64,000 bases of DNA. Source: Bispira polyomma. Its lineage: Eukaryota. A program made the translations under genes and the position numbers. Under the pieces are notes generated by a model. That model was not told the DNA's origin and ran no database searches. It worked only from the letters and a program-made list of their open reading frames with translations. The stretch spans positions 62,620,001 to 62,684,000 of the forward strand of contig OZ287754.1 in assembly GCA_965649765.1 (NCBI GenBank), written 5' to 3'. Positions 50,308-63,599 of this stretch are shown here, one piece after another (within the stretch, counting starts at the first letter, position 1; every line of letters begins with the position of its first letter).

Positions 50308-53300
50308 AACATTCAAGACTGAAGATACTAACAAATAGGTTGGTAAGCAAGACACCTTTAGGCACTGCTACATTAGTCCACAACACTTTAGTTGTGCTTA
50401 ATCATAAACTTTGCTCTGTCACTTCACAGTTCATATTTACTTTATGTCTATCCCCTCAAGAGCCAATCATATTGCTGGGCCCCTTATTTAGCTTCCACTA
50501 TTTCAAGCTTCCTTTTGTTGTTAAATTTTAAAGCAACAACACAAAGAGAATTTTTATTTTTACTTTGTCTTTTTCTATACATGGACATTTTATACAAGTT
50601 ATTTTAGAAAGGTTTTAGTGTAGACACGTTTGGTAAAGATGGTAATGGTGCTTATTAGTATTGGAAGATGTTAATCAAGATGCATGGGTCGTACAAAGCA
50701 AACACCTATTCATACTACAGTAAAACCACAAAAGCCGACAACAAGAAAACAGAAGGTGATGAGCATTTATGGGGAGGTCACAGCTCACCAGGTAACTTAT
50801 TATTCTGTTGTAACACACCTCTAAATCCAATTCAATGAGACGGCTACGTACTCTCTGATGGAATCGGATCCCTACCTGATTAACATACAAAGCCATTCCG
50901 GCTCCACGAATGAGAGGTCTCACCAGATATCTCACAGCTATATTAACAGCCACAATTATGCTCCCAGTGACAATTCTAGTTATCTTAAGAAGGCTTGAAA
51001 CGTCCAACATATCACTGTCAGAACAGATAGAGAGGGTCAAGATTAGAATAGTTACCAATACCACTCCTGTAGTATCACTGAGTCACATGATTCAACTGGA
51101 GTATTTAACATGGCGTATACAGGAAGCTGCTCTCCTCCTGGTACATACTCACGTGTTAAATCAATACAGTCATGCATGGCATCTGATTCCACCTGTGCAG
51201 CCACAACTGGGTGTGATACCACATGAATACTAACAAGACAGAAATTTCTCGAGTGTAGCTGTCCTCATATCGCTACCCAACATCCAATCAGCACTGTCGC
51301 GTTAACTGGTAGAATATAAAACTCACCGAACATTACTTCAAGGTAGACAGAACTCTGATATCAAGTGAAGTAGGTTCAATAACACAGATTTAACCACCAT
51401 TGATGGTTGGTTCAGATGGCTAAACAAGGCTAAACTTCCCTGTCAAGGTGCTTGCTCCGATCACAGCACAAACGATGTGAAGGTAACATGCAACCTATTC
51501 AACAATGGCAAGTGTTCCTATAAGACTGATCATGATAATTACAAGCATAATTACTGGTAATGTGCTATGGTATCGGAAAATAATAAAACCATCCAGAATT
51601 AATTCCTAAAAAGCATATTCTAACAAACAAGCTGACACTCTGACAGTTACTAAATAGGAAAGTATTCTATTACCAGAATAACTGAACTCAGGGGAAAAAT
51701 CAGTCAAAAATTATAAAATTGAAAGAGAACAGTCTTGCTGTTGCTAGCAAGCTCATTGATACTAAGGGTAAGCAGTAAGTGCATCTCATTAAAAATCATA
51801 ATATACATGAGGGCATTATAATATCAAATTTGTAGACAAAATTGGTGCAGTGTCTATATAGTGAATTTGGAAGAAAATAAAAGGTTGAATAATGAGAAAC
51901 AAATGTTATAGAATCCAGAGATAGTGTTTTTGCATAACTGCATTATCCAAGATGATAAGAATCATATGAGCCAGAAACCCGAGGTATTTTCCACAGCAAA
52001 GGTTATTAAAGCCTGTAATAATATACTATAAATAACACATAATGTCAACAATGTGACTGCAGTAGACATTACTGTTCTGATCAAGGACAGTAAAGCTGAT
52101 TTCAAACAAAGTAGAATCCGTACAATCTGTGGTTTAATCATACCTTATTCTAAAATCTGCCTAATTATTCTAAATACTGAAATGATTCAAACTGAGAGTA
52201 CTGGCAATCCTCTTAACAGGCGAGCTAGAGATATCAATGGCCACAGTAAGGAAATTGAGTTTATGGCACTTTTACCCACGAATGGATCCTTATGGGCAAT
52301 CCTATCACTATAAATTCAGTTAAAAAAATAACAGATATTGTTAGAGACACAGTCGCAGCAAATTATTCACAGGCCAGAAAACCAATAAGTTCTGGCTTGA
52401 AGATCAAAGCTTGGATACAATTATTAAGTAATTACCCTGATGAACATCTGCTGCAAAATGTACAATTTGGTTTTCCATTGTCACTGACAATTATAGGTGC
52501 ATTTAAACAAAACCCAATAACTAATTGCCACCATTCAACACTTATGACCGGACACAAATCAAATGGACGTGTCACAGTAGAACTGAGTTTGCCAATAAAT
52601 CAATCCCTTAATGCAAGATGTGCATGAAATTTATTGGGGTGCAGATTTAAAGCTAAGTTTCTCAACTATTGAGAATCTCACACGGGAAAAGGCGCACTTA
52701 TATACAAGCTCAACCTTAGCCAGGCATTTAAAAATTGTTGCCATGTGCTGTGACCTATTTTGTTCAGCATCCGGGAGTCATTATTGTAGCTAATATTGTA
52801 GCAATGCGTCACATGATGCCTCAACCTGAATATAGCATCCTAAATTATATTGACGAATTAATTTGGTACTACAACACCCCCAAAGTAGCCAAAAACTAAA
52901 AATTCACTCTCAGCAAACAAGCAGTGTGTTTGGGGGTACTTGTTGATACAACCCAAGGTACAGTTTTTATTTGAGATGAAAAATTAGAGCAAATATATGT
53001 GACAACCACAATCCTTGTTAGAACAGTTGTAAGACCACAAGTGTGAAAAAAATACTAGCAAAGTGTAACTAATCCAAACAAAAAAGTTTCACTGACAATT
53101 ATAAAAGAGTTAGTATTTTGCCCCAATTTTGAAAAAAAATCCAGAAATTTTACGTCCCACAACTATAATCGTAATGGTTCCTGACTGCCACCATATGTTG
53201 GGAGCAAGGCCTAATAGATTTGGACAGATTGGGGATTCGGCTCCAAAAATATCCTCCTGTTTAACCAAGATAGGATGTTACTACCAGTTACGACCATAAA

Positions 53301-54352
53301 GTTCGTCCAAAATAGTTCGGTACCTAAATCGTACCTAAATCGTTATAGGTCAATTCCGATTACTCCCTACCACGATGAGAAAGATCTTTAATTTTGCAAT
53401 CGGATGACATACGGAACATTATGATTCACCTCCAAAACCATATATAGAGGGGCAGAGCACACAAATTCAGATAGTTTTTATTGGGAAGTCAACTCAGCAA
53501 TATGATACCCCAAAGGATTATAGATATTGCCCTAATTCTACAAGCTTTGTTAGCATTTATGCAAATACAATTACTTGCACTTAAAAATTTTAAAGCTCAA
53601 CGAAGAAGACAAAATCTCATACCAGCACAGAATCATAATAATCAGGAGAGCCAGACAAAATCTCATACCAGCACAGAATCATAATAATCAGGAGAGCCAG
53701 AGCACCTAAGAGGTTCTGGGTGAAACCATTACTCAGGGATGAGAGGAGCACAGTCACTACTCAGTACTTCTGCCATGGATGGAGGCACAAGATGCACGGT
53801 TGTGCAATCTTAAACCCCTGTAAGTAGAATTCTCCCCTTTAATTTTAAAACCAAGTATAAAAAAGTCAAACCCCTTTGTATAGAAGTCTGTTAAATTGTG
53901 TGTGCGTGACAAAAGTAATTTATAGGGCCTGTATGCTTCTTGTATTGAGGGTTTATTTTTTTCATTTTTAACAAACAGCTTAAATAATGTTTTTGAAACA
54001 TTTGGGTGGCCCTGAAAAGGGCTGCTTGGTGGTCACATGACTGGCGGAGGAGGAGAGGAGTGGCTGGTCATCGGTGGTGGTGGTAGTGGTTGATTATGTT
54101 GAAGCGGTGGTGATTGGGGTGGTGTCATCTGTTGGTAGCCATATGTCAGCATTTTCCACGAAGCCTGCAGGAGTCCTAATGTGTTGGTCCTGTTAGGTGT
54201 GTTTAAATCGAGTCGTCTGACAAATGAGGAAGCTCCCGAGGTATTCAGGATGTCACTGTTGTCCACTGACATTGCACATACTGACAGTGGACCTACTGAT
54301 GGTGGGTTATAGCAGGCTCCACTAGTCAAGCTGCCTCCAGATATCACTTGAT

Positions 54353-54605
54353 GGCCGGGACGCGGTGGCCTAGTGGTTAGCAAGCATTGCGCTTCACAAT
54401 CACTGGTCTCTCACCTCTGGGCGGCGTGAGTTCGAATCCCGTCGATACCTATGTGGGAAAGGTGGTAGTTCCTTACTGTGGGCCGCTGGTTTCTCTGCAG
54501 AACCTTGACCGACTGTATGCAGTGTTTCCTCCAGCGTTTCCAACTACCCGTCCCAATATAACCTACTAAAAGGTACTAGAGTGGACGTTAAATATCCAAA
54601 TTCAA
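54353..54605 (+). mobile_element. tRNA-derived SINE (copy 2)
   Basis: Duplicate of 46537-46789 with the same TSD. Confidence 0.9.
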
Positions 54606-57321
54606 ATCACTTGATGGCCCTGCTGACTGGTGCTGGGCATGAATGCTAATGCTTGTGTTGTAATCAAATGTGGCACCGGCTGTGGCTGTTGCTGTGAAGG
54701 AGGCTGGGGTATTAGTTGTTGCTGTTGTGGCGGTTGTTGTTGATAAATGTAGTATCCCTGCTGTGATGATGAGGTATATAAGCATGATGTCCCAGGAAGG
54801 AACGTTCTGTCAGTTTCTCTGTCTCCTTACTCAACAAGTTCATATAGTCTCTTCCAGCTTCCTCGTCTTTGGGTTTCTTTGCCTCCGCCAGGATCCCTGT
54901 AATAGTCTGATCCATCCTCCCAATGGAATCGGCTAACTCAATCCTGATCTGCCTCTCCTGTCTCTCCTGGATAGGGGTAGAGGATCCAAAGGCTGAAGAC
55001 TTTTTGTGAGGCCAGGTTGGACGACTCTATTTCACCCTGGTGTGTCTCGGAGTGGGATAATGCAAGAAGAGAGTCACAAGGGGAAAAAAAATTATATATT
55101 AAACCACATTTTTTTACATTTGATTACGTATTGTAAAATGGTGGGCTGTCCAGCACCCGTGTACCCATCTTTTGTGCAATGTTCCACATAAAACACGCAG
55201 TATAATCCACAGTAGGTTGTTTACTTCCTTCCTGTGATCACCCTTGACATTCTTGTGTATCAAAATGTAAATAGCTTAGCTATTACTCAACGGATTAATC
55301 ACATTCAAATAAGCTGTCTGACTATATTTTTTATAAAACGTTTACCTTCTGTAAATTCTCAAACTTTACCAAATATTTGGCATTTGTTATTTGGTATTTT
55401 TAAACAGATTTTGTTTTTCAAACTTTCAGTAGTCGCTCATTTGAATAAAAATCAATGGTTCAACATTTTAGCATTGGAATAAAATACTTAACCTATCCCT
55501 GGGGTTAAATTAATTCCACAATAATTGTTTCTAATAAGCATACAACATTCTTTTATATATTTAATTCCAATAACAACAGAATTATGTGCATATGGAAACA
55601 AGCCATGAACTCCTTAAGAGTTGATATATAATAGATATGTCTGATGAGACACACCATTACTTAGGAAGTACACAGGATTCATAGGGTACCCATATAAATT
55701 ATGTAATGGCGATAAAAATCTTTATAATAATGCTATTCATGAGCAAATACAGTGCACAAGAATAAATTCAACAGTTTTTACAAGTAGACAAAACCAACAA
55801 AGATAAACCCACTCCTTCGATCGTTTAGAATGTGCGCACATAACACGTTTTCTCTAATTTTTATATCCCAACACAAAAGGTTTTTATGCCATTATGTAGT
55901 TTAATCTCATATTGCAGTACTTACTTTTCAAATATGGGAAATAGCTCTTCATATATCTCTGTCTCTATAGAAATTGATATGTAATAGATTTTCTATGTGA
56001 GGAAAATTTAGTGATTCTTATAAAATCAAGGGGTTGGATTATTAAAAAGAGAAATAAAGTCAACACCAAAGGTAGGTGAAGTACTTTATACTATTGTTGG
56101 AGTAATCCTTATTAAATATTATTTTTCAATTTCATATCTGGCATTCAACAAAGGTCTAAAGTACATCTTAAAGCTAAATATATAATATTTTGTTAATTAT
56201 ATTGGACCTTGTTGGCGCAGTGCTAACACGCTAGTCTCCCACCTCTGTGGTCTTGGTTTAAATCTGGGTTGAGGGTTTAAATGGGAAGGTTGGCAGTTAC
56301 TTGCTGATGGTGGATGGTTTACAGTGTGAAATATTGACTAGCTAGTATACACTGGTTTCCTCCAGCATTAAAACATGATATTACCCATACAATATTTTAA
56401 AAGCGACTCAAAGAATACAAACTTTCCAGTATGAATTGGATTACACAACAAAAACTACTGAACTTATTTTATTAAACCTCAATCAGACAATAAATGACTG
56501 ATAGATTAATTATCCAATGGTTGTCAGATAAAGGTCACTTTTTGGCCCAAATGCCCTGGCTCCACCAGATATACGTTAGCTTAGGTAAGTCATGCAACAG
56601 TCGTGTAAATACTTGATACAAAACGTCATGCAAAACACAAACAATGATTTCTTGATGTTTCTGGCATCAAAAGACGTTTGAATACATGTATTATTACGTC
56701 AAAGGCTGCAAGGTCTTGCAGGGGATGCACAAGTTCACATCAAAGTATGTATTTTAACCCCCGTATGACATGTATGAGTATGCCAATGCACATTCTAGGC
56801 CGTCATTTATTAAGTTGAAGTATGTTTATTACGTCAAGCCACGTCATTTACTACGTTTTTTCTGCGTAAGTCTACTTAATCGCAATGCAACATTAATGTC
56901 GTTTATATACATGTGCTCCTGTCAACTGGTAAGTATATTTACGCTGTATGACGCATCTGACATTGTAAGTCGTCTGTGTACGTCAATGTACGTCGGGACA
57001 CATTTTTTGAAGTAAATACCCGCAAGAGGACGTTGTACTTGACGTTTGCTGGTACGCAGAATGACCAGGTATATATAGTGAGGTACTGAATTTACTTGTC
57101 ATTGTCATTGTGGATTTCAGATAGTTGTGAACTTCATATATACAGAGGAAACATATACATTTGAATAATAATAATTAATTTTCTGAGCTTGAATGACCAG
57201 GTATATATAGTGAGATACTGAATTCACTTGTCATTGTGGATTTCAGACAGTGATGATCTCCATATATACAGAGGAAGAATATACACTTGGATAGTAATAA
57301 ATAATTTTCTGAGCTTGAACA

Positions 57322-58123
57322 ATGGTTCTAGCAAATAAGAAACAACTAGTACTTCTAAATCAGGCCATGCACCTCCAGGTGCAAGGTTTAAACAATGTTG
57401 TAAATTTAATGCAACTTTGTCAGAGGCGGAGGAGTAGGAGACAAAGAATAGAAAGGACAGTTTGGGTTAGGCCATGGCTACTGAGACGTAGGCAATATGG
57501 CTACTATGAGAACCTGATGGTCAAACTGGAGGCAGAAGATCCATCTACCTACAGAAATTTCATATGTTGTGACCCCCAGTTATTCAGGGAATTTGTGCAC
57601 AGATTGGAAGGCAGATTCAGTCGTCACATGAACAATTATAATAGCTATAGACCACCACTTGACCCTTGCTTGATGTTGGCTATTATCATGAGATATCTGG
57701 CCTCTGGACAAAGCTACCACAGCCTGATGTATGGGTTCAGGGTTGCCCATATCACCATATCTAGAGTTGTGTGAGGCCATTGAGGGAGAGTACATGGAAG
57801 AGGTTATCACCACTCCTGGTACAGAGCACGGTTGGCGTAATGTTGCTGCTGTTTTTGCAAACAGATGGAATTTCCATAACACCATTGGTGCCTTAGATGG
57901 GAAACACGTGGCCATTGTCAAACCCAAAGGTTCCAGATCAACGTACTTCAACTACAATAAATTCACATCCATTGTCCTAAATGGCCATGGTTGACGCTGA
58001 ATATAAGTTTATGTGGATAGATGTTGGGGCAAATGGGAGTTGCAGTGATGCAAAGCTTTGGAACTATTCCCCCCTCAAAACCTGCATTAGAAAATCTGTG
58101 GCTTACCGTCCCCCCCCCCCCCC
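57322..58123 (+). pseudogene. PIF/Harbinger transposase remnant (copy 2)
   Basis: Duplicate at +7816 with one K>T difference (TTPGK vs TTPGT). Confidence 0.92.
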
Positions 58124-61100
58124 AACATTCAAGACTGAAGATACTAACAAATAGGTTGGTAAGCAAGACACCTTTAGGCACTGCTACATTAGTCCACAAC
58201 ACTTTAGTTGTGCTTAATCATAAACTTTGCTCTGTCACTTCACAGTTCATATTTACTTTATGTCTATCCCCTCAAGAGCCAATCATATTGCTGGGCCCCT
58301 TATTTAGCTTCCACTATTTCAAGCTTCCTTTTGTTGTTAAATTTTAAAGCAACAACACAAAGAGAATTTTTATTTTTACTTTGTCTTTTTCTATACATGG
58401 ACATTTTATACAAGTTATTTTAGAAAGGTTTTAGTGTAGACACGTTTGGTAAAGATGGTAATGGTGCTTATTAGTATTGGAAGATGTTAATCAAGATGCA
58501 TGGGTCGTACAAAGCAAACACCTATTCATACTACAGTAAAACCACAAAAGCCGACAACAAGAAAACAGAAGGTGATGAGCATTTATGGGGAGGTCACAGC
58601 TCACCAGGTAACTTATTATTCTGTTGTAACACACCTCTAAATCCAATTCAATGAGACGGCTACGTACTCTCTGATGGAATCGGATCCCTACCTGATTAAC
58701 ATACAAAGCCATTCCGGCTCCACGAATGAGAGGTCTCACCAGATATCTCACAGCTATATTAACAGCCACAATTATGCTCCCAGTGACAATTCTAGTTATC
58801 TTAAGAAGGCTTGAAACGTCCAACATATCACTGTCAGAACAGATAGAGAGGGTCAAGATTAGAATAGTTACCAATACCACTCCTGTAGTATCACTGAGTC
58901 ACATGATTCAACTGGAGTATTTAACATGGCGTATACAGGAAGCTGCTCTCCTCCTGGTACATACTCACGTGTTAAATCAATACAGTCATGCATGGCATCT
59001 GATTCCACCTGTGCAGCCACAACTGGGTGTGATACCACATGAATACTAACAAGACAGAAATTTCTCGAGTGTAGCTGTCCTCATATCGCTACCCAACATC
59101 CAATCAGCACTGTCGCGTTAACTGGTAGAATATAAAACTCACCGAACATTACTTCAAGGTAGACAGAACTCTGATATCAAGTGAAGTAGGTTCAATAACA
59201 CAGATTTAACCACCATTGATGGTTGGTTCAGATGGCTAAACAAGGCTAAACTTCCCTGTCAAGGTGCTTGCTCCGATCACAGCACAAACGATGTGAAGGT
59301 AACATGCAACCTATTCAACAATGGCAAGTGTTCCTATAAGACTGATCATGATAATTACAAGCATAATTACTGGTAATGTGCTATGGTATCGGAAAATAAT
59401 AAAACCATCCAGAATTAATTCCTAAAAAGCATATTCTAACAAACAAGCTGACACTCTGACAGTTACTAAATAGGAAAGTATTCTATTACCAGAATAACTG
59501 AACTCAGGGGAAAAATCAGTCAAAAATTATAAAATTGAAAGAGAACAGTCTTGCTGTTGCTAGCAAGCTCATTGATACTAAGGGTAAGCAGTAAGTGCAT
59601 CTCATTAAAAATCATAATATACATGAGGGCATTATAATATCAAATTTGTAGACAAAATTGGTGCAGTGTCTATATAGTGAATTTGGAAGAAAATAAAAGG
59701 TTGAATAATGAGAAACAAATGTTATAGAATCCAGAGATAGTGTTTTTGCATAACTGCATTATCCAAGATGATAAGAATCATATGAGCCAGAAACCCGAGG
59801 TATTTTCCACAGCAAAGGTTATTAAAGCCTGTAATAATATACTATAAATAACACATAATGTCAACAATGTGACTGCAGTAGACATTACTGTTCTGATCAA
59901 GGACAGTAAAGCTGATTTCAAACAAAGTAGAATCCGTACAATCTGTGGTTTAATCATACCTTATTCTAAAATCTGCCTAATTATTCTAAATACTGAAATG
60001 ATTCAAACTGAGAGTACTGGCAATCCTCTTAACAGGCGAGCTAGAGATATCAATGGCCACAGTAAGGAAATTGAGTTTATGGCACTTTTACCCACGAATG
60101 GATCCTTATGGGCAATCCTATCACTATAAATTCAGTTAAAAAAATAACAGATATTGTTAGAGACACAGTCGCAGCAAATTATTCACAGGCCAGAAAACCA
60201 ATAAGTTCTGGCTTGAAGATCAAAGCTTGGATACAATTATTAAGTAATTACCCTGATGAACATCTGCTGCAAAATGTACAATTTGGTTTTCCATTGTCAC
60301 TGACAATTATAGGTGCATTTAAACAAAACCCAATAACTAATTGCCACCATTCAACACTTATGACCGGACACAAATCAAATGGACGTGTCACAGTAGAACT
60401 GAGTTTGCCAATAAATCAATCCCTTAATGCAAGATGTGCATGAAATTTATTGGGGTGCAGATTTAAAGCTAAGTTTCTCAACTATTGAGAATCTCACACG
60501 GGAAAAGGCGCACTTATATACAAGCTCAACCTTAGCCAGGCATTTAAAAATTGTTGCCATGTGCTGTGACCTATTTTGTTCAGCATCCGGGAGTCATTAT
60601 TGTAGCTAATATTGTAGCAATGCGTCACATGATGCCTCAACCTGAATATAGCATCCTAAATTATATTGACGAATTAATTTGGTACTACAACACCCCCAAA
60701 GTAGCCAAAAACTAAAAATTCACTCTCAGCAAACAAGCAGTGTGTTTGGGGGTACTTGTTGATACAACCCAAGGTACAGTTTTTATTTGAGATGAAAAAT
60801 TAGAGCAAATATATGTGACAACCACAATCCTTGTTAGAACAGTTGTAAGACCACAAGTGTGAAAAAAATACTAGCAAAGTGTAACTAATCCAAACAAAAA
60901 AGTTTCACTGACAATTATAAAAGAGTTAGTATTTTGCCCCAATTTTGAAAAAAAATCCAGAAATTTTACGTCCCACAACTATAATCGTAATGGTTCCTGA
61001 CTGCCACCATATGTTGGGAGCAAGGCCTAATAGATTTGGACAGATTGGGGATTCGGCTCCAAAAATATCCTCCTGTTTAACCAAGATAGGATGTTACTAC

Positions 61101-62168
61101 CAGTTACGACCATAAAGTTCGTCCAAAATAGTTCGGTACCTAAATCGTACCTAAATCGTTATAGGTCAATTCCGATTACTCCCTACCACGATGAGAAAGA
61201 TCTTTAATTTTGCAATCGGATGACATACGGAACATTATGATTCACCTCCAAAACCATATATAGAGGGGCAGAGCACACAAATTCAGATAGTTTTTATTGG
61301 GAAGTCAACTCAGCAATATGATACCCCAAAGGATTATAGATATTGCCCTAATTCTACAAGCTTTGTTAGCATTTATGCTAATACAATTACTTGCACTTAA
61401 AAATTTTAAAGGTCAACGAAGAAGACAAAATCTCATACCAGCACAGAATCATAATAATCAGGAGAGCCAGACAAAATCTCATACCAGCACAGAATCATAA
61501 TAATCAGGAGAGCCAGAGCACCTAAGAGGTTCTGGGTGAAACCATTACTCAGGGATGAGAGGAGCACAGTCACTACTCAGTACTTCTGCCATGGATGGAG
61601 GCACAAGATGCACGGTTGTGCAATCTTAAACCCCTGTAAGTAGAATTCTCCCCTTTAATTTTAAAACCAAGTATAAAAAAGTCAAACCCCTTTGTATAGA
61701 AGTCTGTTAAATTGTGTGTGCGTGACAAAAGTAATTTATAGGGCCTGTATGCTTCTTGTATTGAGGGTTTATTTTTTTCATTTTTAACAAACAGCTTAAA
61801 TAATGTTTTTGAAACATTTGGGTGGCCCTGAAAAGGGCTGCTTGGTGGTCACATGACCGGCGGAGGAGGAGAGGAGTGGCTGGTCATTGGTGGTGGTGGT
61901 AGTGGTTGATTATGTTGAAGCGGTGGTGATTGGGGTGGTGTCATCTGTTGGTAGCCATATGTCAGCATTTTCCTCGAAGCCTGCAGGAGTCCTAATGTGT
62001 TGGTCCTGTTAGGTGTGTTTAAATCGAGTCGTCTGACAAATGAGGAAGCTCCCGAGGTATTCAGGATGTCACTGTTGTCCACTGACATTGCACATACTGA
62101 CAGTGGACCTACTGATGGTGGGTTATAGCAGGCTCCACTAGTCAAGCTGCCTCCAGATATCACTTGAT

Positions 62169-62421
62169 GGCCGGGACGCGGTGGCCTAGTGGTTAGCAAG
62201 CATTGCGCTTCACAATCACTGGTCTCTCACCTCTGGGCGGCGTGAGTTCGAATCCCGTCGATACCTATGTGGGAAAGGTGGTAGTTCCTTACTGTGGGCC
62301 GCTGGTTTCTCTGCAGAACCTTGACCGACTGTATGCAGTGTTTCCTCCAGCGTTTCCAACTACCCGTCCCAATATAACCTACTAAAAGGTACTAGAGTGA
62401 ACGTTAAATATCCAAATTCAA
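62169..62421 (+). mobile_element. tRNA-derived SINE (copy 3)
   Basis: Duplicate with the same TSD; GTGAACG instead of GTGGACG. Confidence 0.9.
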
Positions 62422-63176
62422 ATCACTTGATGGCCCTGCTGACTGGTGCTGGGCATGGATGCTAATGCTTGTGTTGTAATCAAATGTGACACCGGCTGTG
62501 GCTGTTGCTGTGGAGGAGGCTGTGGTATTAGTTGTTGCTGTTGTGGCGAATGTTGTTGATAAATGTAGTGTCCCTGCTGTGATGATGAGGTATATAAGCA
62601 TGATGTCCCAGGAAGGAACGTTCTGTCAGTTTCTCTGTCTCCTTGCTCAACAAGTTCATATAGTCTCCTCCAGCTCCCTCGTCTTTGGGTTTCTTTGCCT
62701 CTGCCAGGATCCCTGTAATAGTCTGATCCATCCTCCCAATGGAATCAGCTAACTCAATCCCGATCTGCCTCTCCTGTCTCTCCTGGATAGGGGTAGAGGA
62801 TCCAAAGGCAGAAAACTTTTTGTGAGGCCAGGTTGGACAACTCTATTTCACCCTGGTGTGTCTCGGAGTGGGATAATGCAAGAAGAGAGTCACGAGGGGA
62901 AAAAAATTATATATTAAACCACATTTTTTTACATTTGATTACGTATTGTAAAATGGTGGGCTGTGCAGCACCCGTGTACCCATCTTTTGTGCAATGTTCC
63001 ATATAAAACACGCAGTATAATACACAGTAGGTTGTTTACTTCCTTCCTGTGATCACCCTTGACATTCTTGTGTATCAAAATGTAAATAGCTTAGCTATTA
63101 CTTTACCAAATATTTGGCATTTGTTATTTGGTATTTTTAAACAGATTTTGTTTTTCAAACTTTCAGCAGTCGCTCA

Positions 63177-63578
63177 GTGCCCCACCCTGCATGAGCTGAT
63201 ATGGTGAACAACACAGGTGAGTGAAGAAGGCAGAGTTGGGGAAATTAGTTTAATGCTTCTATATTATCTCTACGTTATTTACACACTTGAAATGAGGGCC
63301 ACCGTAGCACCAGGAGATAAGAATTTGAAAGGTTAAGGTGACCTTAGCCTGAGTTTTCGGTTAAGGTGAAAAAAGGAAATTTGAGTTTAAGGTAGCCCTA
63401 CCTTGAGGTGAGGGTACCAGGTTGAGTTTAGGGTAACCCTAACTTGAAGTTTAGGGTTACCTAAGATTTAGTTTAGAAATTAGTTTAAGGTTATTCCTAA
63501 CCTAATTTTAGGGTTAGGTGGTGAACTCATTGGAGTGAACTGGATATAAAGTTAAAGATTTACCGGAGAGTGGAACTG
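63177..63578 (+). mobile_element. 3' terminus of another YR-type element (palindrome array and GGAACTG end)
   Basis: GGTTAAGG-TGA-CCTTAGCC (63331-63349), TTAGGG-TAA-CCCTAA (63428-63442) and related units, then CCGGAGAGTGGAACTG (63563-63578). Identity to segment C stops at 63176. Confidence 0.55.
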
Positions 63579-63599
63579 CTACATATTCGATATTGTTTG

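Larger units (their letters stand above)
42501..63176 (+). repeat. Tandem array of the B+C unit, period 7816 bp (2 full copies and 1 partial)
   Basis: ORFs offset by 7816 (46217/54033/61849; 49506/57322; 50675/58491). Junctions at the C14 tracts 50294-50307 and 58110-58123. Confidence 0.97.

Noticed and set aside
50205-50531. Novel 108-aa fusion protein across the C/B junction
   Set aside because: The start is a non-ATG codon in a shifted frame of a pseudogenised transposase, and the reading frame depends on homopolymer length.
63420-63520. Telomeric or interstitial telomere repeat (TTAGGG/CCCTAA)
   Set aside because: Only isolated hexamers occur, as arms of the palindrome units; there is no tandem (TTAGGG)n run.
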